The notes under the pieces are model-generated. The model was not told the origin of the DNA. It did not search any database and was given only the letters and a program-made list of their open reading frames with translations. Shown here piece after piece: positions 37,486 to 46,609 of a stretch of 64,000 nucleotides of DNA. Each line of letters begins with the position of its first letter. Position 1 is the stretch's first letter. Made by a program: the position numbers and the translations under genes. The DNA comes from an uncultured Gammaproteobacteria bacterium (GTDB taxonomy: Bacteria > Patescibacteriota > Patescibacteriia > UBA11705 > JABHMO01): contig CAZPYM010000004.1 of NCBI GenBank assembly GCA_964590105.1, positions 52,198 to 116,197 on the forward strand. The letters are read 5' to 3'.

Positions 37486-38898
37486 ATGGACAATTATCCC
37501 AAAAACAGCAACCCCATAATAGATCCCCGTATCAATCTGCTCAACCGACAAGACAACCAATATCCCCGGGGAAAAAAAATTTTTAAGGTCAGCAAATTTA
37601 TTCTTTATCTGCTGATCGTTTTGATAATCGCTTTTCTGGTCTTTTCATATCAAGTGCTGTTTACCAATAATAGCGTATCGGAAATATTCAGCGGAAAAAT
37701 AAATATATTCAAGCAACTAAACACTCTGGCGCGAGAAGGGAGTAGATTGCAAGGCGAAAATGAAGATCGCATCAATATCCTGCTACTCGGCATGGGCGGC
37801 GCCGGACATGAGGGACCATATTTAACAGATACGATAATTCTTGTCAGTATCAAGCCGTCAACAAAAAAAATAGCCATGATCTCTATTCCACGAGACCTGC
37901 TGGTGGAAATCCCCGGCTATGGCTGGTGGAAAGTTAACAATGCCAATGCTTTTGGCGAACAAAAAAGTCCGAGCCACGGAGCCGAACTGGCAAAAACAAC
38001 TTTGCAACAAACTTTTGACCAACCAATTGATTATTATGTCAGAGTTGACTTTTCCGGCTTTGAAAAAATCATTGACGATCTCGGCGGCCTGAAAATTTTT
38101 GTTGATAATGGCTTTACTGATTATCAATATCCAACTGAAGATTTTAAATATCAAGTTGTTTCTTTTGAACAAGGCTGGCAAACAATGGATGGCGACAGTG
38201 CGTTGAAATTTTCCCGGTCGAGGCATGGCAACAATGGCGAAGCGTCCGATTTTGCCAGGAGCCAGCGCCAGCAGAAAATTTTGCAAGCATTAAAAGACCG
38301 CGTTTTTTCCTACAGCTTTTTGCTAAGTCCAAGCAAAATCAACAAACTAACAAAAGAATTATCCAATCATTTAAAAACAGATATGGAGCCGTGGGAAGTG
38401 GTCATCCTAGCCAAACTCATGGAAAAAGTTGACACAGAAAACATCATCACTAAAGTCTTAGATGATAGCCCAGGAGGACTGCTGTATGCAAGTATTGTCA
38501 ACGACGCTTATGTTCTCCAGCCAAAAGGCGATGACTTTGCCCAAATAAAATATCTTATTGATAATGCATTTAAAACCCAAGAAACGCTGGAAGAAAAGAA
38601 AACTGTTTTTGCGGAAATATTAAACGGCACGGAAACACCGGGACTCGCGTCAACAAGCGCGCAGGAATTAAAGCTAATCGGCTATCGAATTAATAAGATC
38701 GGCAACGCGCCGGAACAAAATTATTTAAATACAAAAATATATAAATTATCCGCGAAAAACTTAGAACAAGAAATTACCTTGCTCGAAACAAAATACAAAA
38801 CATCGGTTGAAACCAGCCAAATCCCGGACTGGGCAAATGAGATTACCGCGCCGGAAACTGATTTCCTTATTATTCTCGGACAGGCCGCAAGAGAGTGA
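37486..38898 (+). CDS. LCP (LytR-CpsA-Psr) family cell-envelope polymer transferase
   Basis: N-terminal TM helix. LCP core INILLLGMGGAGHEGPYLTDTIILVSI...ISIPRDL. C-terminal LytR_C-like domain. Confidence 0.8.
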   Translation: MDNYPKNSNPIIDPRINLLNRQDNQYPRGKKIFKVSKFILYLLIVLIIAFLVFSYQVLFTNNSVSEIFSGKINIFKQLNTLAREGSRLQGENEDRINILLLGMGGAGHEGPYLTDTIILVSIKPSTKKIAMISIPRDLLVEIPGYGWWKVNNANAFGEQKSPSHGAELAKTTLQQTFDQPIDYYVRVDFSGFEKIIDDLGGLKIFVDNGFTDYQYPTEDFKYQVVSFEQGWQTMDGDSALKFSRSRHGNNGEASDFARSQRQQKILQALKDRVFSYSFLLSPSKINKLTKELSNHLKTDMEPWEVVILAKLMEKVDTENIITKVLDDSPGGLLYASIVNDAYVLQPKGDDFAQIKYLIDNAFKTQETLEEKKTVFAEILNGTETPGLASTSAQELKLIGYRINKIGNAPEQNYLNTKIYKLSAKNLEQEITLLETKYKTSVETSQIPDWANEITAPETDFLIILGQAARE

Positions 38899-39066
38899 GA
38901 GGTGAGAGATGAGTAAATTACAAATTACAAACGACAAATTACAAACAATAAAACGAAAATCACAAATCACAAACGCGAAAAAGTAGTGAGGCGTGAGAAG
39001 TGAAATGTGAAATAGAGAGAAAAGATAGTAACCCCAATTTCTAGTTTCTAATTTCAGGTTTGCTTT

Positions 39067-40446
39067 ATGAAAACAATAATTCAAAACTATCCGATTGCCG
39101 TGATCATCGGTCGAACCAATGTCGGTAAATCAACTCTTTTCAATAAACTGACTGACAATCAGCGGGCTTTGGTTTCCTCGATCGCCGGCACCACCAGAGA
39201 CAAGCGATACGGCCAATGCCTGTGGCAAGGAAAAACATTTTTACTCGCCGACACCGCCGGCCTTGACGTGGAATCAGAACAAGACATTGACGAGAGAGCG
39301 GTCAAGCAGGCAATAAGCGGCATGGAAGAAGCAGACCTGGTATTATTTATGGTAGACGCGCGCGACGGCGTCATGCCGCAGGACAAGGAATATAGCCGTT
39401 TGATAGAAAAATCCGGCAAACCAACTATTCTGGTAGTCAATAAAGTGGATTCGCAAAGGCTAATGAAAAATCTACCTGAATTTTATCAGCTTGGATTTAA
39501 AGATATGGAAGCCGTCTCTGCCAAAACCGGCGCCGGCACCGGCGATCTATTGGAAACGATTCATGAAAAATTTAAAAGTAAACTTGCCAAACAAAAAAAT
39601 CCTGCGCCAACGACGCCGACAACAAATATCAAAACAGCAATCATCGGCAAGCCGAATGTTGGCAAATCATCATTATTAAATAAATTGATCGGAGAAGACA
39701 AAGTCATTGTTTCCGCCATCCCCCACACTACCCGCGACAGCCAGGATATAACAATCGCTTATGCGAGAGATGATTCACCTCTCGCCACCAAGTACTCCCT
39801 TACTTTCATCGACACTGCCGGAATAATCAAACGAAGGAAAATCAGCGACAAATTGCAAGAAATGAGTATTGAGCAGAGCTTTTATAACTTGCGCAATAGC
39901 GACCTGGCGCTTCTGGTAATTGACGCTTCTGAACCAATAACTGTGCAGGACAAAGTTTTGGCCGGTGAAATTATTGAAGCCAGTAAATCCATGATTTTTG
40001 TTGTGAATAAATGGGATCTGGTCGAAAATAAAAGCACAAAAAGCGACAAAGAATATATTAATTTTCTACATGGCCATTTTCCATTTTTAATCTGGGCGCC
40101 GGTAATATTTGTTTCTGCCAAAACCGGGTTCAAAGTCCCGCGACTAATTGAAACGGCAATTGAAATATATGAGAATCAACACAAAGAAATATCATCTACG
40201 CAGCTACATGAATTTTTACAGCATTTATTAAAGAAAAAAGCACCGCCAATTAGTAAAGGAACAAAGCGCCCATTCATGCACAGCATCAAACAAACCAATA
40301 CTGATCCGCTCAGTTTTGAAATAATCGCCTCGCAAGCAGAAAACATCCCTACTTTTTACCGCCGATTCATTATCAGTAAACTGCGAGAATATTTTAACTT
40401 TGCGGGTTGTGGCATCAAACTAGTGATCACTAGTGATACAAAATAG
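39067..40446 (+). CDS. der: ribosome-biogenesis GTPase Der (EngA), two G domains plus KH-like domain
   Basis: Two P-loops GRTNVGKSTLFN and GKPNVGKSSLLN. NKVD and NKWD G4 motifs. Confidence 0.9.
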   Translation: MKTIIQNYPIAVIIGRTNVGKSTLFNKLTDNQRALVSSIAGTTRDKRYGQCLWQGKTFLLADTAGLDVESEQDIDERAVKQAISGMEEADLVLFMVDARDGVMPQDKEYSRLIEKSGKPTILVVNKVDSQRLMKNLPEFYQLGFKDMEAVSAKTGAGTGDLLETIHEKFKSKLAKQKNPAPTTPTTNIKTAIIGKPNVGKSSLLNKLIGEDKVIVSAIPHTTRDSQDITIAYARDDSPLATKYSLTFIDTAGIIKRRKISDKLQEMSIEQSFYNLRNSDLALLVIDASEPITVQDKVLAGEIIEASKSMIFVVNKWDLVENKSTKSDKEYINFLHGHFPFLIWAPVIFVSAKTGFKVPRLIETAIEIYENQHKEISSTQLHEFLQHLLKKKAPPISKGTKRPFMHSIKQTNTDPLSFEIIASQAENIPTFYRRFIISKLREYFNFAGCGIKLVITSDTK

Positions 40447-40465
40447 CGCTATTCATGACAAACAT

Positions 40466-41017
40466 ATGAAGCTCATCATCGGACTTGGAAATTTTGAAAA
40501 AAAATATTTCAATACCCGCCACAATATCGGCTTTGCCATGCTTGATTATATTTTTGATGAATATCTGAAGGCCGAGGGCTTTTCCGATTGGAGTGAAAAC
40601 AAAAAATTTCAGGCCATAATTTCCGAAGGAAATTTAAATGGCGAAAAAATCATTCTTGCCAAACCAACGACTTATATGAATAATTCTGGGAGCGCGGTCC
40701 AAGCATTAATTTCATTTTATAAAATTAATCCAAAAGATTTAATAGTTATTCATGATGAAATTGATTTAAGTTTTGGCAATTACAAAATTCAAACTGACAA
40801 ATCCAGCGCCGGCCACCGCGGCATTGATTCTATTATTGGAAGAATCGGCACGCAGGAATTTACCCGCGTCAGGATCGGCATTGGCAAAGAGGATCGGAAA
40901 AAACAAGGCGACACAGCCGATTTTGTTTTGAATAGGTTTAATTTATTTGAAAAACTTAAACTCAAAGAATTAAAAAAGAAAATTCTGCAAGACGTCAAGA
41001 ATGAATTGAAAATTTAA
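40466..41017 (+). CDS. pth: peptidyl-tRNA hydrolase
   Basis: MKLIIGLGN...YFNTRHNIGF signature with catalytic His. Start placed at ATG 40466 rather than the track start at 40433. Confidence 0.85.
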   Translation: MKLIIGLGNFEKKYFNTRHNIGFAMLDYIFDEYLKAEGFSDWSENKKFQAIISEGNLNGEKIILAKPTTYMNNSGSAVQALISFYKINPKDLIVIHDEIDLSFGNYKIQTDKSSAGHRGIDSIIGRIGTQEFTRVRIGIGKEDRKKQGDTADFVLNRFNLFEKLKLKELKKKILQDVKNELKI

Positions 41018-41041
41018 TTAGCAAAAAATTTATAAAAAAAA

Positions 41042-41072
41042 GACCCCGTCGATTGCTCGACGGGGGTTTTGT
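41042..41072 (+). terminator. rho-independent terminator after pth (stem ccccgtcg/cgacgggg, loop attgct, then GTTTTGTT)
   Basis: Read directly. Marks the left edge of the high-GC island. Confidence 0.6.
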
Positions 41073-41088
41073 TCGATTTACGTACCGG

Positions 41089-41994
41089 CTAGCGCCGGCG
41101 ACCTCCTCGCGAACCGCGAGACGATCTGCCTGCTCCGACCGCCGGCGCAGAACGCCCTCGACCGGATCCACGCACACTAGCGCCCTTTGCCTTGCCGGAC
41201 GAGCGCTTCTTGCTCGACTTCGCAGCCGGCCGCGAATGCGACCTTGCCCGCGAATGCGCACTGTAGTTCGTGCCACGGCTACGGTGCTGACTGCTCCGAA
41301 ACTTCGGCTTGCCCTGCACCCGTATCCGCGTAGCGGCTGAATGGTGCTGGGTTTTTCCCTGATACGTGGCTTTACCCTTGGACTTGGCTTTGCCCTTGGG
41401 CTTGGCTTTGCCTTGATACGTGGCTTTGCCCTTGGGCTTGGCTTTGCCAGAATTTACCTTGTGCTTCTGGTGGCTCGAGTGAGCCGCCGTCTGCTTGTGG
41501 TGAGCGCCGTGATTGCCGTGCCCCTTCCACTGAACTCCCCAGTGATGGGGGTGGGCGTAGGACTGATGCGGCCGATGACGCCAGTACCACGGATGCACCC
41601 AATAGCTGTGTCCGCCGTACGAGTAGGAATGGTACCGGTGATAGCCGTTGTGATACCAGAAGAACGGCCAGCCGGAATAGTAGATGTACGACCCGACATA
41701 GAATCTGGGCCAGGCATCCACATACACCACGGTAGTCGGCTCTTCAAAGTAGTAGCCGTTCCACCCCTCGCACTGCTCCCAGCAGTCACACTCTTCCTCT
41801 TCCCGGTTGGAACACTGTTCCCAGCAAGGACATTCTTGCTCGCTCTCGCCAGCCTCGACAGCCGAGTCAGAGTCTCCAGCGGAGCCCTCTTCCTGATCCC
41901 ATGACGACTCATAGTCGCCGTAGGACTGCCCGCTGGCGAACGAACTGAACGCGAACATCATCGCGAACACAAAATAACAAAGAACTGTTCTCAT
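41089..41994 (-). CDS. secreted low-complexity protein: CxC/CW motifs, Trp/Tyr/His-rich core, Lys/Gly-rich KAKPKGKATYQGK repeats, Arg/Ser-rich tail
   Basis: Strong SD GGAGGTGA 5 nt upstream of ATG 41994 (MRTVLCYFVF...). Signal peptide ends ...FASGQSYG. The gene carries tandem DNA repeats at 41340-41460. GC is far above the window average. Confidence 0.45.
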   Translation of the reverse strand: MRTVLCYFVFAMMFAFSSFASGQSYGDYESSWDQEEGSAGDSDSAVEAGESEQECPCWEQCSNREEEECDCWEQCEGWNGYYFEEPTTVVYVDAWPRFYVGSYIYYSGWPFFWYHNGYHRYHSYSYGGHSYWVHPWYWRHRPHQSYAHPHHWGVQWKGHGNHGAHHKQTAAHSSHQKHKVNSGKAKPKGKATYQGKAKPKGKAKSKGKATYQGKTQHHSAATRIRVQGKPKFRSSQHRSRGTNYSAHSRARSHSRPAAKSSKKRSSGKAKGASVRGSGRGRSAPAVGAGRSSRGSRGGRRR

Positions 41995-42149
41995 TTTCTC
42001 ACCTCCGTGTTGTTGTTTCAAACTCTATACTTCATTCTAAGTTTAGCACAAAAGAAAAAATTTGTCAAGGGTGGCAAATGTCCAGATTACTCGCATATCA
42101 ACTTCGAATCTGTATATAGATTTGTAGATCTGTACCCTTTAAAAAAAAT

Positions 42150-42180
42150 GGAGCCCCGTCGGTATGAACGACAGGGCTCC
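42150..42180 (-). terminator. terminator-like hairpin (gagccccgtcg...cgacagggctc, one mismatch) with an A-run on the plus strand (T-run on the minus strand)
   Basis: Read directly. Downstream of the 42189..42470 gene. Confidence 0.4.
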
Positions 42181-42188
42181 GTTGAGAA

Positions 42189-42470
42189 CTAGTAGCGATA
42201 CGCCCAGCGGGCGCGATGGGCGCGATGGGTACGGTGGGGACGATGAGTGCAATGGGCGCGGTGGGCGCGATACTTGCAGTTCAAGGATCGGTAACTACGG
42301 TGCGACCGGTAAGAAGAACGGCAGTAATCGCCGTCGTAGTAGTAACCGTAGGAACACGCCGGTCGCCGGTAGGAGGCGTCATCGTACGTGTAACCGTACG
42401 TGCCGCAGCAGCCACCGAGGCCCAGAATTACCAGAGCGAAAAGAACAACGATCAAAAGGACTTTCTTCAT
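42189..42470 (-). CDS. small lipoprotein-like secreted protein, Tyr/Arg/His-rich
   Basis: SD AAAGGAGA upstream of ATG 42470. Signal peptide MKKVLLIVVLFALVILGLGGC with a lipobox-like LGGC. Mature part is Tyr/Cys/Arg/His-rich (YGYYYDGDYC, HRAHRTHRAHRAR). Confidence 0.4.
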   Translation of the reverse strand: MKKVLLIVVLFALVILGLGGCCGTYGYTYDDASYRRPACSYGYYYDGDYCRSSYRSHRSYRSLNCKYRAHRAHCTHRPHRTHRAHRARWAYRY

Positions 42471-42534
42471 GACGATCTCCTTTTTCCCCGCCCATGGCGG
42501 GGATCTTTGTGGATTTTCCTTCTTCAAGTTTGCT

Positions 42535-43056
42535 TCAGAGTCCGACAGTGCTCATGTCGCAGAGCAGATCCAGTCCCGGTGTTTGTCCCAGGAAACCACC
42601 GCCGGCAACTATGCACGCCTGCAGTTTTTCCGTGTAGAAGGCATTCCCCTCCATTCCGGGAATCACGCAGATGACGGAATTTCCGCTGCCTTTCAACAGT
42701 TGCCCCTGTCCGGGAAACTCCTTGCAGAGCTTTTCCAGGCTGTCGAGGCGGACGTTGTTGTAGTGGAATGTTGCGCCTTGCTCCGACGCCTCGCTGGCCT
42801 TGCTCATCTGATCTCCGGCATCCACCGCGCCGAATCCTTCCGTTGCGGTGACCACGACACCAGTGCCGAAATCGCCGACGACCGACTTCTCCGCCAATGC
42901 CGTCGCCGTCTCGATCTGCTCGACCGTCGCGCTACCACACCGACCCGTCACTTCCCGCTTGATCTCGTCCAGCCTACGTAACGTGATTGCACCGAAACAC
43001 ACCACGAGCGCATACACCACTATGCCACAAAGCATCACCACTGATTTCGTCGACAT
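42535..43056 (-). CDS. membrane-anchored hypothetical protein (paralog of 43114..43512)
   Basis: SD GGAGGAAGGAGA upstream of ATG 43056. N-terminal TM (VVMLCGIVVYALVVCFGAI). C-terminal ICVIPGMEGNAFYTEKLQACIVAGGGF...LLCDM is conserved with the next gene. Confidence 0.4.
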   Translation of the reverse strand: MSTKSVVMLCGIVVYALVVCFGAITLRRLDEIKREVTGRCGSATVEQIETATALAEKSVVGDFGTGVVVTATEGFGAVDAGDQMSKASEASEQGATFHYNNVRLDSLEKLCKEFPGQGQLLKGSGNSVICVIPGMEGNAFYTEKLQACIVAGGGFLGQTPGLDLLCDMSTVGL

Positions 43057-43113
43057 GTTCCTTTCTCCTTCCTCCGCCGCAGGCGAAGAGTTTTGGTTAC
43101 TTCTTCATTTCAC

Positions 43114-43512
43114 TCACAAACCGCACAAGATATGCAATCCTCCATACCGCACCGGCATTCCTCCTTCCCGTTCACAGGCAGCCCACTTTTCATCGAAGCC
43201 GTTCCCAGCCGCCTTGGGAATGACGCAAATCTCCACATGGCCATTGGTAGACACTGTCGACCAAATCTCGCCCTGAACTCTTTCGCAGTCTTTCGCCTGC
43301 GCCGGTGTCAGCCTCTCTATCGGAACCGCGGCCATCAGACGCGCGCCATGCGCCATCGGGACCTCCTTGACGTCGCCCAGCGACGGCTCCTTCACCTTCT
43401 CGAACACCGCTGGCCGCCCAGTGGTTTCTTCGTCCGGTCCGAGCAGGCAAAAGAAAAACATCGCAACAATCGCCACAAAAATTCCGCCAACTACGATACC
43501 AAGTGGTCTCAT
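43114..43512 (-). CDS. membrane-anchored hypothetical protein (paralog of 42535..43056)
   Basis: SD AAGGAGGA upstream of ATG 43512. N-terminal TM (IVVGGIFVAIVAMFFFCLLG). C-terminal ICVIPKAAGNGFDEKWAACEREGG...LHILCGL shares the Cys pattern with its neighbour. Confidence 0.4.
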   Translation of the reverse strand: MRPLGIVVGGIFVAIVAMFFFCLLGPDEETTGRPAVFEKVKEPSLGDVKEVPMAHGARLMAAVPIERLTPAQAKDCERVQGEIWSTVSTNGHVEICVIPKAAGNGFDEKWAACEREGGMPVRYGGLHILCGL

Positions 43513-44020
43513 CGCTTCCTCCTTAAAATGTTAACTTCAAAGCTCAAAGCTAAAAACCAACATTCAAATTGATTTGCAACTTTCAACTATTAAAATACTT
43601 GATTTACGTGATTTATTACGTGATATTACATGATAATCACGAACAATATCTTGGCGCGAAGCTATCACCTCTCATTACGTAGCCATCACGTAAACCACGT
43701 CTTTTATAAAAAAACAGCTGACCCGCACAATCAAGCTTACCAGCTCAAGTTCCTTCAGTAAACTGACTGAACTTGACTTGCGGTTACTCCACAGCATAGG
43801 AGGGGACACTGCTTTTCTCCACTGGCAAGCATGATTTCACGGACCAGCTTGTATAATATGATACAGAATTGCTGATCAAACTTGTTTCATCCAGATTTTA
43901 TATTATCCCCGATTAAGTTGTCAAGGATTTCTCATGTAATTAACCATTTCATTATATCATATTTTTGACAAAAAGTCAATAGGCGATTAATAATTCAAAA
44001 TGCTTTGGCTTAAATTAAAC

Positions 44021-44044
44021 AAAAACGCCCCGCTTTGGCGGGGC
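44021..44044 (-). terminator. rho-independent terminator for the 44051..44725 gene (stem cgccccgc/gcggggc, loop tttg, A-run on the plus strand)
   Basis: Read directly. Confidence 0.55.
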
Positions 44045-44050
44045 AGTTTA

Positions 44051-44725
44051 TTAAATGCTTTGGGCTAGAGCCCACATGGAAAGAACAGAACAAAGCGGCA
44101 CGAAAAAATTGTCCCAATTCACGCACCAGAACTCAACCAGTGTTGCCACCAGACAGCCGGAGGCAATTACGTTCCAAGGAACAATATAACCAGCTAAATT
44201 ACAAAAAACCACAGCTGAGAGCAGACCGAAAAAGAAAAAAGAAATTGAGCCAATCATGGTTTTCCTGCCAAATGTCAGCATCTCGCGCGTGGCCGAATCA
44301 ACCAGCCCGTTAAAGCCGGTTTCTTTCCACTCTTTGCCGATCAGCCGCGCCATTGGATCGCCCACCGCCAGGAACATGGCCGCGGCAATCATAATGAACT
44401 TCGGCAAGCCGCAAAACAGATACAGGCTGACAATGATCAACCCGGCATAAATAAAATGGCTGGAAGTGCTAAGATGATTTCTTTCTTTTTCACGGAGCGC
44501 ATTAAAAAACAATTGGCCGGTGAAAGCCCGAATGACTGCCTTCATCCAACGGACATTTCTGGCTCTGCCGTAGTCAAAAGCCAGAAAAACCAGACCGAAA
44601 ACAATAAGTCCAAGCAGAGCAGAACTGTCTGCCAGATGAAAAATTATCGCTGCGCCGGAAATGCTAAGCACGTGCCATATCCCTCGAACTAGCTCTTTAC
44701 GCTTCAATATCTGTTCAAAGAACAT
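44051..44725 (-). CDS. polytopic integral membrane protein, function uncertain (possibly lipid/polyprenol-phosphate-metabolism family)
   Basis: 224 aa with about 6 TM helices. No confident motif. Confidence 0.35.
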   Translation of the reverse strand: MFFEQILKRKELVRGIWHVLSISGAAIIFHLADSSALLGLIVFGLVFLAFDYGRARNVRWMKAVIRAFTGQLFFNALREKERNHLSTSSHFIYAGLIIVSLYLFCGLPKFIMIAAAMFLAVGDPMARLIGKEWKETGFNGLVDSATREMLTFGRKTMIGSISFFFFGLLSAVVFCNLAGYIVPWNVIASGCLVATLVEFWCVNWDNFFVPLCSVLSMWALAQSI

Positions 44726-44860
44726 GATTACCTCCTTGGTGAATTATTCTAATTGTTCTATTTGAACTTTCCGAAAACCAGTGTTATCATAACATAATGC
44801 AAAAGAAGGGCAAGACACCGTAAATACAGACGCAAAATTTTACGTCTCTACTCATCACCT

Positions 44861-45949
44861 ATGTCACTGAAATTCCACGTCGCGTTTTCGCAAATAAATC
44901 GGATCGGCGCGAAAAAATTCACTTTACTTAAAAATTATTTTTCCACTCTGGAACAAGCCTGGAATGCTTCTTGTTTCGAATTAATTGAAGCCGGCATTGA
45001 ACACGGTCTGGCCGAAGAAATTGTTCTGCGCAGAAAAAATATTAATCCTGATGAAGAACTTGAAAAACTTCAAAAAGAAAATATCAGCGCCGTGGCTCTT
45101 GACGATGAGCATTATCCTAAATTATTAAAACAAACTTACTCGCCCCCTTTCCTTTTATATTACAAAGGCGATTTAAATAATATTCACGAACAATCACTCG
45201 CAGTGGTCGGCTCGCGCAACATTACCAATTACGGCAAACAAATAACTCCACAGATCGTAGAACAATTACTCGGCCAGAACATCTTAATTGTTAGCGGGCT
45301 GGCGCTCGGCGTTGATTCACTCGCCCACTTAACTTGCGTTCGTAACAAAAAACCAACTGTCGCCGTGCTTGGTTCCGGTCTCGACAAACAAAATATTTAT
45401 CCGTCAATCAATCGCTCGCTCGCCGGGGAAATTCTTGCTAACGGCGGGCTTCTGGTTTCTGAATTTCCGGTCGGCATGATGCCGCTCCGCCACAATTTTC
45501 CCGCGCGCAACCGAGTTATTTCGGGCTTATGCCTTGGAACCTTAGTCATTGAAGCCGGCGAATCATCGGGCGCGCTCATTACCGCGCATTTTGCTCTGGA
45601 ACAAAACCGCGAAGTGTTCGCCATCCCAGGATCCATCAATCTGCCAATGTCAATCGGCACAAATAATTTGATCAAACGCGGCGCCAAGCTGGTAATGTCG
45701 GCTGAAGATATTTTTGAAGAACTTAATTTAAAACAGCTAAAACAATTTCAAACCGCGGAACAAACAATTCCTGATTCGCCGGAAGAGGGCGCAATTATTA
45801 AACATTTAAAAACAGAACCGCTTCACATAAACGAAATTGTTAAATTAAGCGACTTAACAATGCAGGAAGTTAATTCAACGCTGATGATGTTAGAAATGAA
45901 GGGGAAGGTTAGAAATTTGGGAAATAATTCCTATATCGCGGCAGGGTGA
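44861..45949 (+). CDS. dprA: DNA-processing protein DprA (Smf)
   Basis: Rossmann-like core LAVVGSRNITNYG...IVSGLALGVDSLAH...AVLGSGLD...VIEAGESSGALITA. C-terminal winged-helix-like extension. 362 aa. Confidence 0.85.
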   Translation: MSLKFHVAFSQINRIGAKKFTLLKNYFSTLEQAWNASCFELIEAGIEHGLAEEIVLRRKNINPDEELEKLQKENISAVALDDEHYPKLLKQTYSPPFLLYYKGDLNNIHEQSLAVVGSRNITNYGKQITPQIVEQLLGQNILIVSGLALGVDSLAHLTCVRNKKPTVAVLGSGLDKQNIYPSINRSLAGEILANGGLLVSEFPVGMMPLRHNFPARNRVISGLCLGTLVIEAGESSGALITAHFALEQNREVFAIPGSINLPMSIGTNNLIKRGAKLVMSAEDIFEELNLKQLKQFQTAEQTIPDSPEEGAIIKHLKTEPLHINEIVKLSDLTMQEVNSTLMMLEMKGKVRNLGNNSYIAAG

Positions 45950-45950
45950 A

Positions 45951-46088
45951 GTTCAAAATCCAAAGCACAAAACCCAAAGTAAATTCTAAATTTAAAATTC
46001 TAAATTCCAAGGTCTTCCTTGATATTTTAAATTTTTGGCTTTAAATTTCCCTTGCATTTTGAATTTTGGGCTTTGGGTTTTAAAACAA
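45951..46088. mobile_element. long imperfect palindromic element, same family as 15231-15369
   Basis: Arms gttcaaaatccaaagcacaaaacccaaag and ttttgaattttgggctttgggttttaaaac are inverted. AT-rich interior with an inverted aaattctaaattt / aaatttttggcttt pair. Confidence 0.35.
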
Positions 46089-46127
46089 AAAAGGCTTCTG
46101 AATTCGATCAGTTGCCTTTTGTTGTAG

Positions 46128-46319
46128 TTATTCCACCCGCAATGCATCCCCGATTTCAACCGCCGCAACGAGAGTTGCGCAGCGATAATCAATGGACATG
46201 ATGCAACCGACTGCGGTTCCGAAATTGGAAACAGTTTGCGAAACACCGAACCGATATACATCCGAACCAAGGCCGGCAAGAACGGCCAATACAAACAAAA
46301 CGATTGCTGTTTTTTTCAT
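46128..46319 (-). CDS. small secreted peptide (63 aa) with Sec signal peptide and two Cys
   Basis: SD GGAGGA 6 nt upstream. MKKTAIVLFVLAVLAGLG signal. Mature part about 40 aa with 2 Cys. ATGA start/stop overlap with the upstream 72-aa ORF. Confidence 0.35.
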   Translation of the reverse strand: MKKTAIVLFVLAVLAGLGSDVYRFGVSQTVSNFGTAVGCIMSIDYRCATLVAAVEIGDALRVE

Positions 46320-46534
46320 GGCTTTTCCTCCACGGTCAGATTTTTGACTTTTCTTCCCGAATCGTCAAATTCAACAACCACAACATTCCCCTTTTTCAAC
46401 TTCTTGCACCGCGCCATCATTTCTCCGTCTTCGAGCAAAAGCATGAACGGAGCACCGGTTTCATCCTCGTTTTCATCAGGATGAAGATGCAAAACACCGA
46501 ACATTTCATTGTTCACACAATATCTAACTTTCAT
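46316..46534 (-). CDS. small acidic hypothetical protein (72 aa)
   Basis: SD GGGAGGG 5 nt upstream of the ATG. No family recognised. Translationally coupled to the downstream secreted peptide. Confidence 0.3.
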   Translation of the reverse strand: MKVRYCVNNEMFGVLHLHPDENEDETGAPFMLLLEDGEMMARCKKLKKGNVVVVEFDDSGRKVKNLTVEEKP

Positions 46535-46609
46535 GACGCCCTCCCATTATTTCAATTGTTAAACAACAGACATAAAACAATATCACTCTAAATATATTTT
46601 GTCAATATC

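Noticed and set aside
41053-43572. Many long ORFs on both strands in the high-GC island (for example 41341..41904+, 42216..42674+, 42400..42981+, 43093..43572+, 41454..41912-)
   Set aside because: High GC suppresses stop codons. Only the four minus-strand ORFs begin with canonical SD plus ATG and encode signal or TM N-termini. The others are Arg/Pro/Ala-rich artefacts lacking ribosome-binding sites.
43546-44030. tmRNA, RNase P or SRP RNA in the large noncoding tract
   Set aside because: None of the hallmark conserved strings of these RNAs is present (for example the RNase P GGAAAGUCCGG motif, the tmRNA 3-prime tRNA-like end, or the SRP GGUGCUGUUUACC motif).
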